Positions 13,078 through 25,990 of a stretch of DNA of 64,000 bases are shown piece after piece (positions within the stretch are counted from its first letter, which is position 1; each line of letters starts with the position of its first letter). The DNA comes from Octopus vulgaris. Taxonomy: Eukaryota. The notes under the pieces were generated by a model. It saw nothing but the letters and a program-made list of their open reading frames with translations. It was not told where the DNA came from and did not search any database. The DNA is taken from positions 152,334,001 to 152,398,000 of the forward strand of contig OX597816.1 of NCBI GenBank assembly GCA_951406725.2, read 5' to 3'. The position numbers were made by a program, and so were the translations under genes.

Positions 13078-13444
13078 AGAGTTTTCCATCATATGAACGT
13101 ATTTATCTACTATAATGATGTTTCAGTTTATAATATTCGGCACACCTTGTTTTAGCTACCATAAAGAGCCCACTAGTTTGTTTTTCTTTCTTTCTGATTT
13201 TCAGTTTATTGTTCTGTCACCATCTCTGTCTCTTTACTTATGATTAGTGTCTGTTTCTCATAGAGAAGATACAGTTTTCCAAGGTGTGTTGCAAGGCAAG
13301 CATCAAAACAAAAAAGTAAAATAAGTCTAATTTTAAATAAAAGTAATTCATAATAACAGCATCTACGTTCTTATTCTATTCACTACAACACTGTCACAAC
13401 TATAAGTCTGTTCCTCTCATCATACTTTACCCTCTCTCATCACT

Positions 13445-13477
<33 letters not shown>

Positions 13478-15699
13478 GTTTAACGTCCGCTAGAAAAATT
13501 ACATACACTTAGTTATAGAGGCCCCCACAGACCATTTACTCTTGTAAGTTGCAAGGTGACCTGACTAGTGCTGGTGTCATAAAAAAAGCACCCAATGTAC
13601 ACTGTAAAGTGGTTGGTGTTAGGAAGGGCATCAAGCCATAGAAACCATTCAAAAACAGACATTGGAGCATGAGAGTCCAGTAGGATCCTCTGATTCACTG
13701 GATCCTGTTGACTCATTCAACCCACATGGAAAGTGGATGGTAAATCATGATGATGACAATGATGATATGGTTAGTGACTTAAAACTAAGAGCTAATCAAA
13801 CACAGTGACAAAACACAATCTGGAGAAAGAGGACATGGGAGTTGAAAATGCAAACAAGCCATAGGTTTAGAGGCAGTAATAGGTGCATATAATAAGATAG
13901 AGGAGCAGATAGAAAATAATAATGTAGAGGATAGTTAGGAATTTCTATGGAATTCTAATGAGGGAGACAGACCAAACCTGAGGGTGGGGCAAGGTCCCAG
14001 CCAAAAGAAGGCAATGTTGGTGGAATAGCTTAGTAGATAGATCCCTAAAAAACCGAGAGTCAAGTTTGGAAAGAGCAGCTGAAAGGAAATAGCAAAGAGA
14101 AATACCAAACCACAAGAAGAGAAGCTAGACACCAGATTGATCTAGTAAAAGAGGAAGCTAAGTGTAAGACGTCTGCCAATGTTCTTAGACATGAAGATCA
14201 GAGACATTAGGTATTCTGAATTGCAGAGCATTGTGTGAGAGAAAATTAAGACATTGTTGAGAAAAATTGTGTGTGGAATAATAATAGTACACATTCTGTG
14301 TGTGTGTATGTGTGTGTGTGAGAGAGAGATCATCTGACAATGGCTTAATTGGCTGAAACTTCAAAGTCATTGTCAACAAGATTCTTTTTTAAGAATAATA
14401 AATTTGTACTCTACAAAAGTATAGTGTAATCAGATTAATATAAAATTGTTTTTCAAAATAAACACACATGCACACATATATGCACAAATGGGCACCCTTA
14501 CCCAGTCTCCTTCTCAAGACATCCCCAGCTCCTGTTATCTTTTTGAATACTGTATTCTGCTGCTGTAATTAAATGTGAGTAGAACTGCATACTTCGGTGC
14601 CTTTTCCCTGATACTGCTTATCTGGAACCATTTTACTTGATATCCACCCTTCATTCCTATTGTCCTCTCCACCCACATTTCACATGGACAAGTCAATAAA
14701 TTATCTCCACTTCTCCCTTGCCATTCATCACTTACTCTCCCCATGTACTATACCAGTCTCTCAATTCACACTCTTGCAACCTAACCAACCTCACATCATT
14801 TATTATCTCTCTCTCTTTATTTCGTCTGCACTCACCCTTCTCTTTTTTATTATATCATTATTACTATTCTGCTGCTCTTCACTCCATTTTTTCCTGCACT
14901 TAATCACATCCTTCTCTCCCAACTCGTATGTATCATAGGTCAACACCTTTCCCCAGTCACTACATTCACCCCTCAACATGATCCAGTCTCTACTGTTGTC
15001 ACTACTCTTTCTAGCTTATTCTCACCCACCACTTGCTCTTCATTATATTCATTTCCTCACCCATTCCTCATCCCTAAACATCTCTTGTGACCTCTATCCA
15101 CCCACTCACTCCCTCATACCTTGCGTCGGGGTCCATTCCGATACTCATCATCACTATTATCTCTTTCCAGTTCCAACTTGGCCACTCTCACTCTCTATTC
15201 TATAATGTAAGAAGTCATGCAGCTCCTCTACAACAAGAAACTTGTTCTGTTCTGGTTCCTATTCTCATACTTTAATTCCTCATCACCTAGTATAAAGCTG
15301 CCTTCCTCTCGACAGTAGCCCTATTCAATCGAAGGAGATCTTAGTCTTGTGAGCTGCATGGGACCTGACGTAATGGCGCCACACACACACAAAAAAAGCA
15401 CCCAGTAGATGCTGCAAAGAGGTTGGTGTTTGAAAGGGCATCCAGCTGTAGAGATTATATCAAAGCAGACATTTACAAACGATGTAATCGTCAGACCTGT
15501 CAGATCTGGTGAAACTGCTTCACGTATGCAAGCACGAAAGATGGATGTTAAATAATGATGACATATACAAATAAAATGCGTGTATAGATATATTTTTATG
15601 TATACACATTTCCATATCTATAAAAATACTAAGTATATGTATATATATCTCTGTGTATACATACTCAGACATGTGTGTGTGTGTGCGCGCGCTCTGTCT

Positions 15700-16459
15700 G
15701 CATGGTAAAGAATAATCTGGCTGGAACGAGTACTTGAGTACATATACACACACACGCACGTGCGTGAACAGCGGAGTTTTAATTTACGTCACCATTCAAC
15801 AATATATTACCATCTAAAATTATAGGATATAATTTCATTATAATATCTGTTTATATTTAGAAGTGTAAAAATTTATATGCTTACAAATTCGAAAGACGGA
15901 ATGAACAAACAATTTTGCAAAAACTAAAAAAAAAAACAAAAGTAATTTTAATGCTGTGAGATTGCGGAAGAAGCCGGGAATCACTGGCTGCTAACGATAA
16001 AAGACATGATCTAATTGGATGATTCAAAACGTAATTTTCGACGCGAATTTCAGTATTTTATTATGTGTCTTTTAAGAACATTCATTTAACTGTAAGTAAC
16101 TATTGATTTAATCAATATTATTCTAAATAAACCAAAAAAAGAATTAGAAATTATTTCTATGTAGTAAGTTGCGAGGTAGATGTTATACTCTATCGTTTAC
16201 GATCAACTAATAAAAAATCACGTTGCAACTGTTTTTCGATGACTTCGGTTAATTCCGTAACTAGGTTCGTTAAATTTTACAAAAATTCTTTTACGATATT
16301 TTATTTTCTAATTTATTATTTCCAGTTTCTAACGTAATTTGAAAGTCAAAGAAGTATATTTCGTAAATTTATAACGTTAATTTACATTCTTTTACTCGCC
16401 CGACGTTGATTACTCGTTCCTTTTCGTTGGATGCTAGTTCAAAGTGTGAACAGTGAAAC
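15700..16459 (+). promoter_or_regulatory. Probable promoter / 5' region (CpG-retaining)
   Basis: Sharp rise in CpG relative to the rest of the window; GCGGAAG and CCGGGAA ETS-like sites near 15964-15980; directly upstream of the first exons. Confidence 0.55.
16092..16325 (+). other. Probable 5'UTR intron of the transportin gene
   Basis: GTAAGT donor at 16092; TTCTAAT branch-like site, T-rich tract and CCAG acceptor at 16325, 134 nt upstream of the ATG. Confidence 0.55.
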
Positions 16460-16558
16460 ATGGCGTGGTCTCCGGAAGAAAATGGACTGCGTCAAATTCT
16501 ACAATTATTGAAAGAATCTCAGTCTCCTGATACAGCTGCACAGCGGGCAGTTCAACAA
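16460..16558 (+). CDS. TNPO1: Transportin coding exon 1 ([33 protein letters not shown])
   Basis: ATG at 16460, 33 codons, followed by GTATCCTTT donor. Confidence 0.95.
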
Positions 16559-16856
16559 GTATCCTTTTAATCATTGTGTTTAATATAGTTTATTTTATTA
16601 CAAATCATTAATTTATATTTCTCTATCTTTGATAAGAGAAGATGAAAAGGGAGTAAGTTCTTACCCCACGTGTTTTAAAAGGATTAAGTTTTATACATAA
16701 TTTAAATTAATGTTTTTTGTTAAACCTATCTAAATAATTGTTTTGTAACTCTACAAACCTTTGATTCTATGTAATTTTTCCCTCGCCTCCATTGAAGTCT
16801 TTTATTATAAGCGTCTACAAAGCAATGTGGCTTATGCCCTTAACAGCTGTTCACAG
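16559..16856 (+). other. U12-type (minor spliceosome) GT-AG intron
   Basis: 5'ss GTATCCTTTT; branch site CCCTTAAC 16837-16844, 12 nt before the CAG end; no polypyrimidine tract. Confidence 0.92.
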
Positions 16857-16932
16857 AAACTTGAGGAATTGAATACTTACCCTGACTTCAACAATTACCT
16901 CATTTTTGTGCTGACTAAATTAAAATCTGAAG
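16857..16932 (+). CDS. TNPO1: Transportin coding exon 2 ([25 protein letters not shown])
   Basis: 76 nt, cag/gtaag, conserved peptide. Confidence 0.95.
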
Positions 16933-19900
16933 GTAAGACTAGTTTTTAACCTTGCCACCATTTTTTCGACCTCCTGTCATGTTTCGCCGTTCAAAAATTC
17001 TTGAGATCTCGAGCAGCGAGTGGGTGAGTGAAAGGATAGTTTTTAGAAAGAAAATGTTTCAGTATTTCCTTGCATATAAATCGAAGGAAGATGTGTAACG
17101 CATTTTCCTTAGATATTACCTGAACGAAATCTATACGCATGTTCACTAATTTATATAATAAATATCTAAAAATACTTGAAGTATTGAGTTCTTTATTAAT
17201 TGGTGAATACACTTGTTCCCATGTACAGGCAAATCCTAAAAATATATATTTGTATATCTAGGCATTATGATATTAAAATCTTGAGTATATCATTCTTACG
17301 TGTCAATCACTAAATATTAGTCGCCGGTTTTGTTCACAGTTCATCTTCATTTTTATCTTAAACGTTAAACAAGCAAAAACTACATTTCGCCCTTTAGATT
17401 GCTGTTTCTATATTTGCGCTCACATGAAGTTTGTTTGATCTAAATCTAATTAGACTAGATAGAATTGGTATTTAAAGATTTAAAATAATGGAAAAGATAA
17501 TGGAAAGAACCATCAAAGTCAAATGACGCAGTAACAATATGTAATCTATTGTCACCCCTGGAGTGTTGCTTTTTTCAGTTACATGAACATGGATGAACCA
17601 ATTGCCTGTGCTACATACATAAAACAGATCATTTCCTCTCATATAACATAGTTTTCATAATAATTAATCAATTTATCGATCTCCAGATTTTTTTTGTTTT
17701 TGCTTATGTATTTTCCGTGTATCTTTTTTTAATTTTTTGTCATCATTAATTTTCTTCGGTTTGTGTCTAAAAATAACACGAATATTTATTTTAATGGATG
17801 CAACCAAGGAGGGGCGAGCTGTCCAAATCCTACAAGTCGATGTTAATTATATGCGTACAGATAGTGAAATTACTTCCGTGATGGTTGCCAATAGTTACTT
17901 CCCCATTTCTCTTCAGACACCTATATGTAATATATAGGGCCATCGTCTCTGATCATTAGTACAGAAATAGAGTAGTCTGAAACCATGTTGAATGAATATA
18001 TTTATATATAATGTGTGTGTGTGAGAGAGAGAAATATAGCGAATATTCTTAGGAATTCCCTCTCAAAATCTTTCGCTTTTTAATTTTTTTTTTCAGCTAA
18101 CGTATTTAGGTTTGGTCCTTCTATGCAGTATACAACTCGATAATATTAAAAACCTTTAATTGTTTAATTTCACTTTTTATGATTACCCACGTGTGTGTGT
18201 GTATACATATATATGTGTGTGTGTGTGTATGAAACTACAGTAGTCGTGTTATATAATTGTCATTAGTCATTATTTGCTGATAGATAGACATTAGTCTTCG
18301 TCGCTTTAGTTGTTCCCCTCCTCCTTTCGCCAGTAGTAATAATGAGGCTGGCCATTGGGGATTGGGGAAGGGGCTCCAATCATTTGAACCGTCAAATGAT
18401 GCTAAAATGCGTCCATCTCCGATTCCTTTTTTTACTTGTAGAATGATTCTTTTAGGAGGAAATCTGTTCAAAAATTCTTATGTAATAAGATGTGGTTGAT
18501 TAGTGATCGAACATCCTGTTACTGCACCCACCTCTATAACGATGCATGTATTATGTATGTGTCTGCTAGTAAAACATGAATATAGTGTTTGCAAAGAACA
18601 TGTCTTCAAGAGAAAAGGAACTACGCTGTTTGAATGAATGCTTCAGTTCCACATTTCTGTTACTTTTTTTTTTTTTTGTAAAATATGATTTGCTCGTTAC
18701 ATTTATTTACAACGTATACACATCCACTGTAATTTGTGCGATCTCTATACATTTCTAATCTACGTTCAACATGACCTGTGTAATTTTTGAATAAAAAAAA
18801 TTTCCACTTTTGTCTGCATTTTGTTTTATAGTAGTTTAGAAAATGGTATTTTATGTTTCATTTTAAACTGTTGCTATGTTATATTTATTTTCACTTTACA
18901 TATATTTTATAAGCTCTGTATATGTACATGTGTATACGAATATTCTGTTATCTGTGTATGTATCTGTATATCATTTAACGCCTTTCTTCCTTGCTAACAT
19001 GGGTTGGACGGTTTTACAGGATCTAAGTCGGTCTGCTTCGTTTTCCGTCTGTTATTGCATGGTTTCTTCAACCGGATGCCCTTTCTAGCATCAACCACTT
19101 TACATAGTATACTAGGTCTTTTTTTTTGTGTGGTGCTAACACTAGTGAGGTTGCTTTGTAGCTTGCAAGACTAACAAACCTTTTTGTCTGAGAGGTAGAA
19201 CAGAAAGTGGTTTCTTTATACGGCTTGTAGAGAGGTTAATGTATGATGGGATGGGTGGGGTGACCAGATTGGCGTCAAAGAGAAAGGTAAATGTGCTGGT
19301 GATGAATTGCCAGAACATTCCTTCAAGGCAACATATTCAAGAAATTGAATAGAAGAGTGCATGAAGACATGAAAATAAGCCGGATTGCAGGTGGTCAGTT
19401 ATATATAGGTGAAGGTAGTAGGTGGTGAACAGGTGGAGGTGATCGATGGTAAATATGAGAGGAGGGGGAACAACAAGAATGATGGATGGATGTCAGTTAC
19501 TCAGGAAAGTGAGTGATGACTGGTAATGGAGAAATGTGATAAGGAAATGGTTTGCAGTAACAGGTTCTAATTTCATTATTTAGAGCAGAACAATACGGTA
19601 GAAAATAAAAGGACATGAGGGGTGGGGTTAAAGGTTGCACAAGTGGAGGAAGAGTGAGAGATCGATAAAACGGGTGGAGAGTGATAGTAGTAAGGCGGGA
19701 CGGATGTCAATAGGTAGTGGTGTATATCAGTACGCGTTTGTGTATATGTATAAATCAGTATGTGCATATGTCGTGCACGTGCGTGTTTGCATAATAGTAA
19801 GCGTGTATATTATTTATAAATATGTGTGTCTGTATGTGTACACAGTTATTTTATTGCGTATAAGCCTATCCCCGTGTGAAGCTCTTAGTTGACTATCAGC

Positions 19901-22211
19901 TTTTGATATAATAAACATAGGTTGTATACCGATGTATGTCTGTGCTAGTTTGTATCTGTATATTGCTAATATTTGCATATTTTTGTGTGTATGTGTTAAT
20001 TCGTTCCTTCCTCTACGAAAACTATATGTATTTTGTATGTTTCTTTAAGTGGATTTTTGATACGGTAAGCATAAAGTTTGACATTGTGGCATATTTCAAT
20101 CGGATGCCTTTCATGTCGTTAACCCATTACTGTTTTGCAAGGAATTAATTTTCCACTTTGAAAGTGCGAAGCTATGATCTGACTTATTTGAAGTGAGGTG
20201 TCAGTAATTATCACGGTTTTTCCTCAGGTCTTTTCACACCCACCTACCCACACACTTTTGTGTTCCATGTACCAGTGGTCAACCTGAGTGTTCATTACAA
20301 GGGTCTCACCAGAGGCTTCTCTCTCTTATGCATAGAAACATACATAGACCTAATTGAACATTGGACAAGGTGTTGATGTGTAGTAAGAAGTTTTCTTCCC
20401 AAGTGCATAGTTCTTGGGTTCAATCCTGCTTCATGGTGCCTTGGCCAAGTGTCTTAACTATGGGCTGACCTGAACTTAGTGAGTAGATTTGGTAGATAGG
20501 AACTGAAAGAAGTGTGTATTTTATATATATATATATATCTGTAATGTCTGTTATGCAAGCAATCTCCTTTCAATTATTCGGTAGCCGAATAATTGTCACA
20601 TATTACATTTACAGATAAATTCCTCTATTTACATAACATCGAGGTCGCTTTCATTCTTTTGTTGTATTACCATTTTTATCAATATATATATATATATATA
20701 ATACATATATCGTTATGCAAAAGTGTTGTAAGTCACTTCAAAAATAAATATTGAAAAAAAAAACGCAATTGACCAAATTTGGACATACGACAGTTTAACA
20801 TAATAGCAACTCTCTATATAATCTTGCCTTGACATTGTTTGATAGTTGTAAACAAATGTCTCTGTTATGCAAGCAATCTCCTTTCATTCCAAATCTTCTG
20901 GAGAAATATTACCTAACTTGCAAACATGTGGGTTAGTGACAGGAAGGGCATCTGGCTGTAGAAAATCCATCTCGACAAAATTCAATCCAACCTGTTTAAG
21001 ATGGACAAGTGGATAGTGTGGCATTTTTCAACTGGATGCCTTTCATGTCGTTAACCCATACCTTAGAAAGGGAGAAGCTATGATCTGATTTATTTGAAGT
21101 GAGGTGTCAGTAAATATCAGTTTTTGCTCAGGGCTTTTCACACATGTATGTATATGTATATATGCTTGTGTTTGTGAAAATATTCTTGTGTGTGTAACGT
21201 GTTTAACATTTATTTTTCAGTGTTAGAATAGATTGGATGAAGCATTATTTTACAGCTGGATGCTTGCATGTGACTAACCTTTAATGGTTTTCAAATAAGA
21301 GATTATTTTATTCTCCTTTTTGAAAGCACAAAGCTCTGAGGCAATTTGTTAACAAGGAATATAAACATTGTCACTGGTTTTTGATCAAATGGCTTTGCAC
21401 TCTCTCTACATGTGATAGTCTTCCGTACAGTTTCCATCTATCAGTTCCACTCATTGGCCTTTAGTTAGCCATGCACAATTAATACAAATCCTGTTCTTCT
21501 GATTTGCTTAACTGTTATGGTTATCTTTACTTCAGTTCTGGAAACTACTAGCACCTTCAAATATATAATTGAGTGCTGCCAATAAGTGTTGTAATTGGAT
21601 ATCAGTAATGTAAGCATTACTTTCTATTTGTAAGAGCATTTATACAGCTTGGGTGTTTTAGAGATGGATAATAATAGTAATATAAAGAATGTGATGATAT
21701 TTAGACTCAGCTAAAAGGATGAAAGATTGAGTGACGTGTTTTCAATTCTCCAACAAATTCAACCTGGCTATGTAAACTGGCACCAGTTGCCATGCCCTAA
21801 TCAATAGTCTGTGGAACTGACTGGTTATGCTTTAACAGTTGGCAAGAGGTGGGGAAAATAGTCATGCGGAACATTGATCTTTAAGATATTTTGCAGAATT
21901 AAGGTGTTACCCTCTCTTTGCTTTATGTCCTTTTTTCCAGTACTGGCATAACTTGAACCATATTTGCAAATTATCCTCATTTCCTCTTAGATATTGACCA
22001 GCTTCTTGTCTGTCTATCCTAGTCACCATAACTATGTAGTTCTTTTTTTACAACTCTGTCTTATAACCCAATGCTTTAAGTTACATATTTTGTTTACAAG
22101 AATTTGTTGTAACCTGCTGCTTGAAACTTGTTTGCATCCCGGTCTAATTCTAAATTGCCATATTTATCTTTTACACTCAGTATATTGTTTGTCCTCAAAG
22201 TTAATTTTAAA

Positions 22212-22404
22212 GTTATTTGGTCTCGTGTGTAAATGTCTGGTCACTAAGGGATTCATATCAAATGAAGGTATAAAAAGATATATCTTAAAAAAAACACTAT
22301 TTTATTAGAAGATAGTGCATGCTAGATATTTTTAGATATATCTTTTTATACCTTCATTTAATATGAATCCCTTAGTGACCAGACATTTACAGAGACCAAA
22401 TAAC
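22212..22404. repeat. Inverted repeat / MITE-like hairpin (~75 bp arms)
   Basis: GTTATTTGGTCTC...AGATATATCT pairs with AGATATATCT...GAGACCAAATAAC. Confidence 0.85.
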
Positions 22405-24227
22405 ATATGTAACAGTTGTTGATTGATGGCTTACATATGAAAACAAGTAATTTATGGAGAATGGTCATTATAGTACTGGTGCAGTGCTGTTCATCAAATT
22501 ATGACTTGATATGTCTTATAGGGATAAATAGTGATATGTTAAAATTTAATTGTAGGTCATAATTGAGATGGCTTGAGCAGCTTGGTTTTATGACCAACTT
22601 CTAAAAAAAAACTGGCTTCACACTCGAGTGGTTTGTTTATAAAAGCTAATGTAACTGGGTGAAATGAAATCAGTTACATAGTAAGTTTTGATTAAGTTTA
22701 AACAAAGTCCTCTAATCAGTTCTCTTTTTGAAACCTGTTTTTGAAGGTATGGATTAAGCTGGTATAAAAACTCAATATCCAGCTGTTTCAAAACTCATGG
22801 ATGACTTGTTTTTCATTTGATGGAAGCTTTTTCAAATGCTACAGCCATTGTGTTGTACTCTTAGGCAAAGCTCATCCTGGAGGTTATGCTGGATCAAGAG
22901 TGGAAAGGTTAAGAGTGCCTATATCTAAGTATGTCTAGTTATGTGCATGTATGTGTGTGTTCTCTTTTTGATTGATTAAAGCCTTTCTGTAAGGATCTGT
23001 TTTCTAACAAAGATACAAAGCACCATCGTTTGAATGTGGATAAGAAAAACTGTCACAGGTCAAACTTGAGAAAAGTCTTGCATATTTTTAGTTGGTTGGT
23101 TTCTTTTTCTGAAAACTCTAGTTTTTCTAGATTGCCATTAAAGCATTTATTAACAGAACTAGGTGCACCAATTATTGGTATAAATGTGAATTTATAATCT
23201 GGGTGTAGAAGTTGGTTTCAAAGTAGTTGTCTGTAGTTATATGTATGTATGCATAATTATATATAAACTTGGTTTAAGGGCTGTTTTTCCATTCTTGTAT
23301 GAGTCAGGTGAAATTTATTGTTGCAGATTTTCTATCACTAGTACTTGTTTCCAAGCAAATCAATATTTTCCCTAATCTTAATATGAACAATACAATAATA
23401 AAACATGTTTTTATGGAAGAGTGCAAAAAAGTGACATTGCATGGTGATGACATTTGTTTAGAGTTAGCTACTGTCATTTTTAACTCCCAATCCACTCACA
23501 AGCTTTTGGCTGGCCTGGGCTCTGTGTGTACTTGTAGTTTTATGCAAGTGTATGTGTATATACTTATATTATACCAAAACAGACTTGAAACCTGGGCAGT
23601 TCTCCAGTTTGCCAGCTCCTGTCAAGCCATCTAACCCATGCCAGCATGGAAAACAGATGCTAATTGATGATTTTTATATATATATATATAATATACACAC
23701 ACTCACACATACATGTATGTAGTATGTATATGAATATGTGTGTAAAAGTTGTAAAGTTTGTGAAAATGTTTTATGTAATGCAAAATATCTGATATAGAAT
23801 TTAATACATTGAATAGAGTGGATAGATATGTTCTTTAAAAAAGACCAACTATTCTGGCTTCAGAAATTTTTCTTTATTACTTATAAATTGTGAATAATTT
23901 GAATTAGCTGGTTCTATTTTCATTGTAAAATATTACTTGAAAATTTCACTGAACTGATTTTTTCTTTTCATTTTTATGTTAGCTATACTATTTGGCAGGT
24001 ATTCAACTGATTACTCTACAAATTTAGTTTATTTTTGGTAGATGTCTGCTCAAGTGCCCTCCCCCACCTCACTTAGACATACATCCGATTGTTACATGTG
24101 TACACGTGCACTGGAAGATATGCTTTGGTTGAGAATAAGTCGAACACTTCCATTAACTGTTGTATCACTTATGTACTATTCATCCTAAATTTCTGTATTT
24201 GTATTTACTTGTTTTTGCAAGGAATAG

Positions 24228-24274
<47 letters not shown>

Positions 24275-24879
24275 CATCATTTAATGTTTATATTATATGC
24301 TGGCATGGGTTTAGTAGTTTGGCAAGATCAGACTAGCCTGAGGGTTACATTAACAAAGTTTCTATGGCTGGGTACCCTTTCTAATGTTAATTGTGCTTTG
24401 TGGCACCAGCACAATAGTCATCAACTCACAAGTCCCCATGATAGAATGGGTGATGCAGTATTGAGAGAGATGGCTTTGCCAGGCATTGGAAGGCTAAAGT
24501 ATTAGGGAAGGACAAGATATGGTGTCTTGCTGTAGGGGATTTACATGGCTACCCCAACAGGCAAGGAGAAAGATGGAGATGAGATAAGGTATCAGAACAT
24601 ACTGTCACGGCATAAGAGGGTTGATAAAGAGAGAATTGAATATGGGTGAGTAAGTAGGTTTGTGAGTGTGTGTGTGAAAGGATATTGACAGATAGTAGAG
24701 ATGAGGACAGAAGTGAAAGCAGAAAATGGTGAACATGGATGGAGGAACTTGAGGAAAATAGTGAGTTATGGAGGAAGAGGTGAAAGGTGGTAATATTGAT
24801 GCAGTGCTGACTTGGATTATTGAAGATTTTCTAGGAATAATGAATAAAAGGTTAAACTGATGTTATTTTGCTCTTTGTT

Positions 24880-25990
24880 ATGTTGTATGAGGAATTTAAG
24901 ATGGACTGTCCCTGGGAGCTCCTCTATGCTGGTGACCTTGTTCTTATAGCCAAATCACTACCAGAACTAGTGAAAAAATTTCAGGTGTGGAAGCAAGGTC
25001 TAAGAAAAAAAGGGCCTTACATTTAATCTAGCCAAAACCAAAGTGGGAGAGTAGACAAATCACAAATCCCTTCAGGTAGATGGCCCTGCTTGATATGTAA
25101 AAAAAGGTGTGGGTAGTAACTCCATAAGATGTACCTGGTACAAGCTATGGACATGTCATCATCATCGTTTAACGTCCGTTCTCCATGCTAGCATGGGTTG
25201 GACGGTTCGACCGGGGATCTGGGAAGCCAGAAGGCTGCATCAGGCTCCAGTCTTATCTGGCAATGTTTCTACAGCTGGATGCCCTTCCTAACGCCAACCA
25301 CTCCGTGAGTGTAGTGGGTGCTTTTTACGTGCCACCTGTGTAAGTGCAGCAATATAATAGGAAGGTTAACAGGGAAAATAATTTTTGTGTGGAAGGTGCA
25401 CAGGTACAATTAACACTAAAAATATACAGACAATAGACTCCACCCAATGGCAGTAGTAGTTGATAGCTTCCATTACCTAGGTGGATAGTCAGTAGTGGAG
25501 GTGAGTGCTCTGAGAGCACAGCTGCTTGAATAAGAATGGGCTGGGCAAAGTTCAGAGAGCTCTTACCTCTTAGTAATGAAGGGCTTCTCCCTCAGAGTGA
25601 AAGGCAGATTGTATGATGCCTGTGTGTGAACAGCCATGCTACATGGAGTGAAACAGGCTGTGGCTGCAGTGGACATGCGAAGGCTTGAGAGAAATGAAAC
25701 TAGTATGCTCCACTGGATGTATAATGTCAGTGTGTAAGCATCTTGAGAGAAAAGTTGGGCATAAGAGGCATCAGTTGTGGTGTGCAAGAGACGACTGCAC
25801 TGGTATTATGTAATGTGTATGGATGAGGACAGCTGTGTGAAGTGCTGATCTCTAACTGGAGGGAACTTGTGGAAGAGGTAGACTTAGAATGACCTGGGAT
25901 GATGTAATGAAGCATGATCTTCAAATGTTGATCCTCATGGAAGCAATGACAACTGTCTGAGACCTTTGGCTATATGCTGTGCTTAAGAAG
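24880..25990 (+). mobile_element. RTE-like LINE 3' fragment interrupted by a young SINE (25155-25335)
   Basis: CPWELLYAGDLVL...FQVWKQGL RT motif and downstream RT/thumb-like remnants. Confidence 0.75.
25155..25335 (-). mobile_element. Young (GAT)n-tailed SINE copy
   Basis: CpGs retained; near-identical to 63566-63740. Confidence 0.85.
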
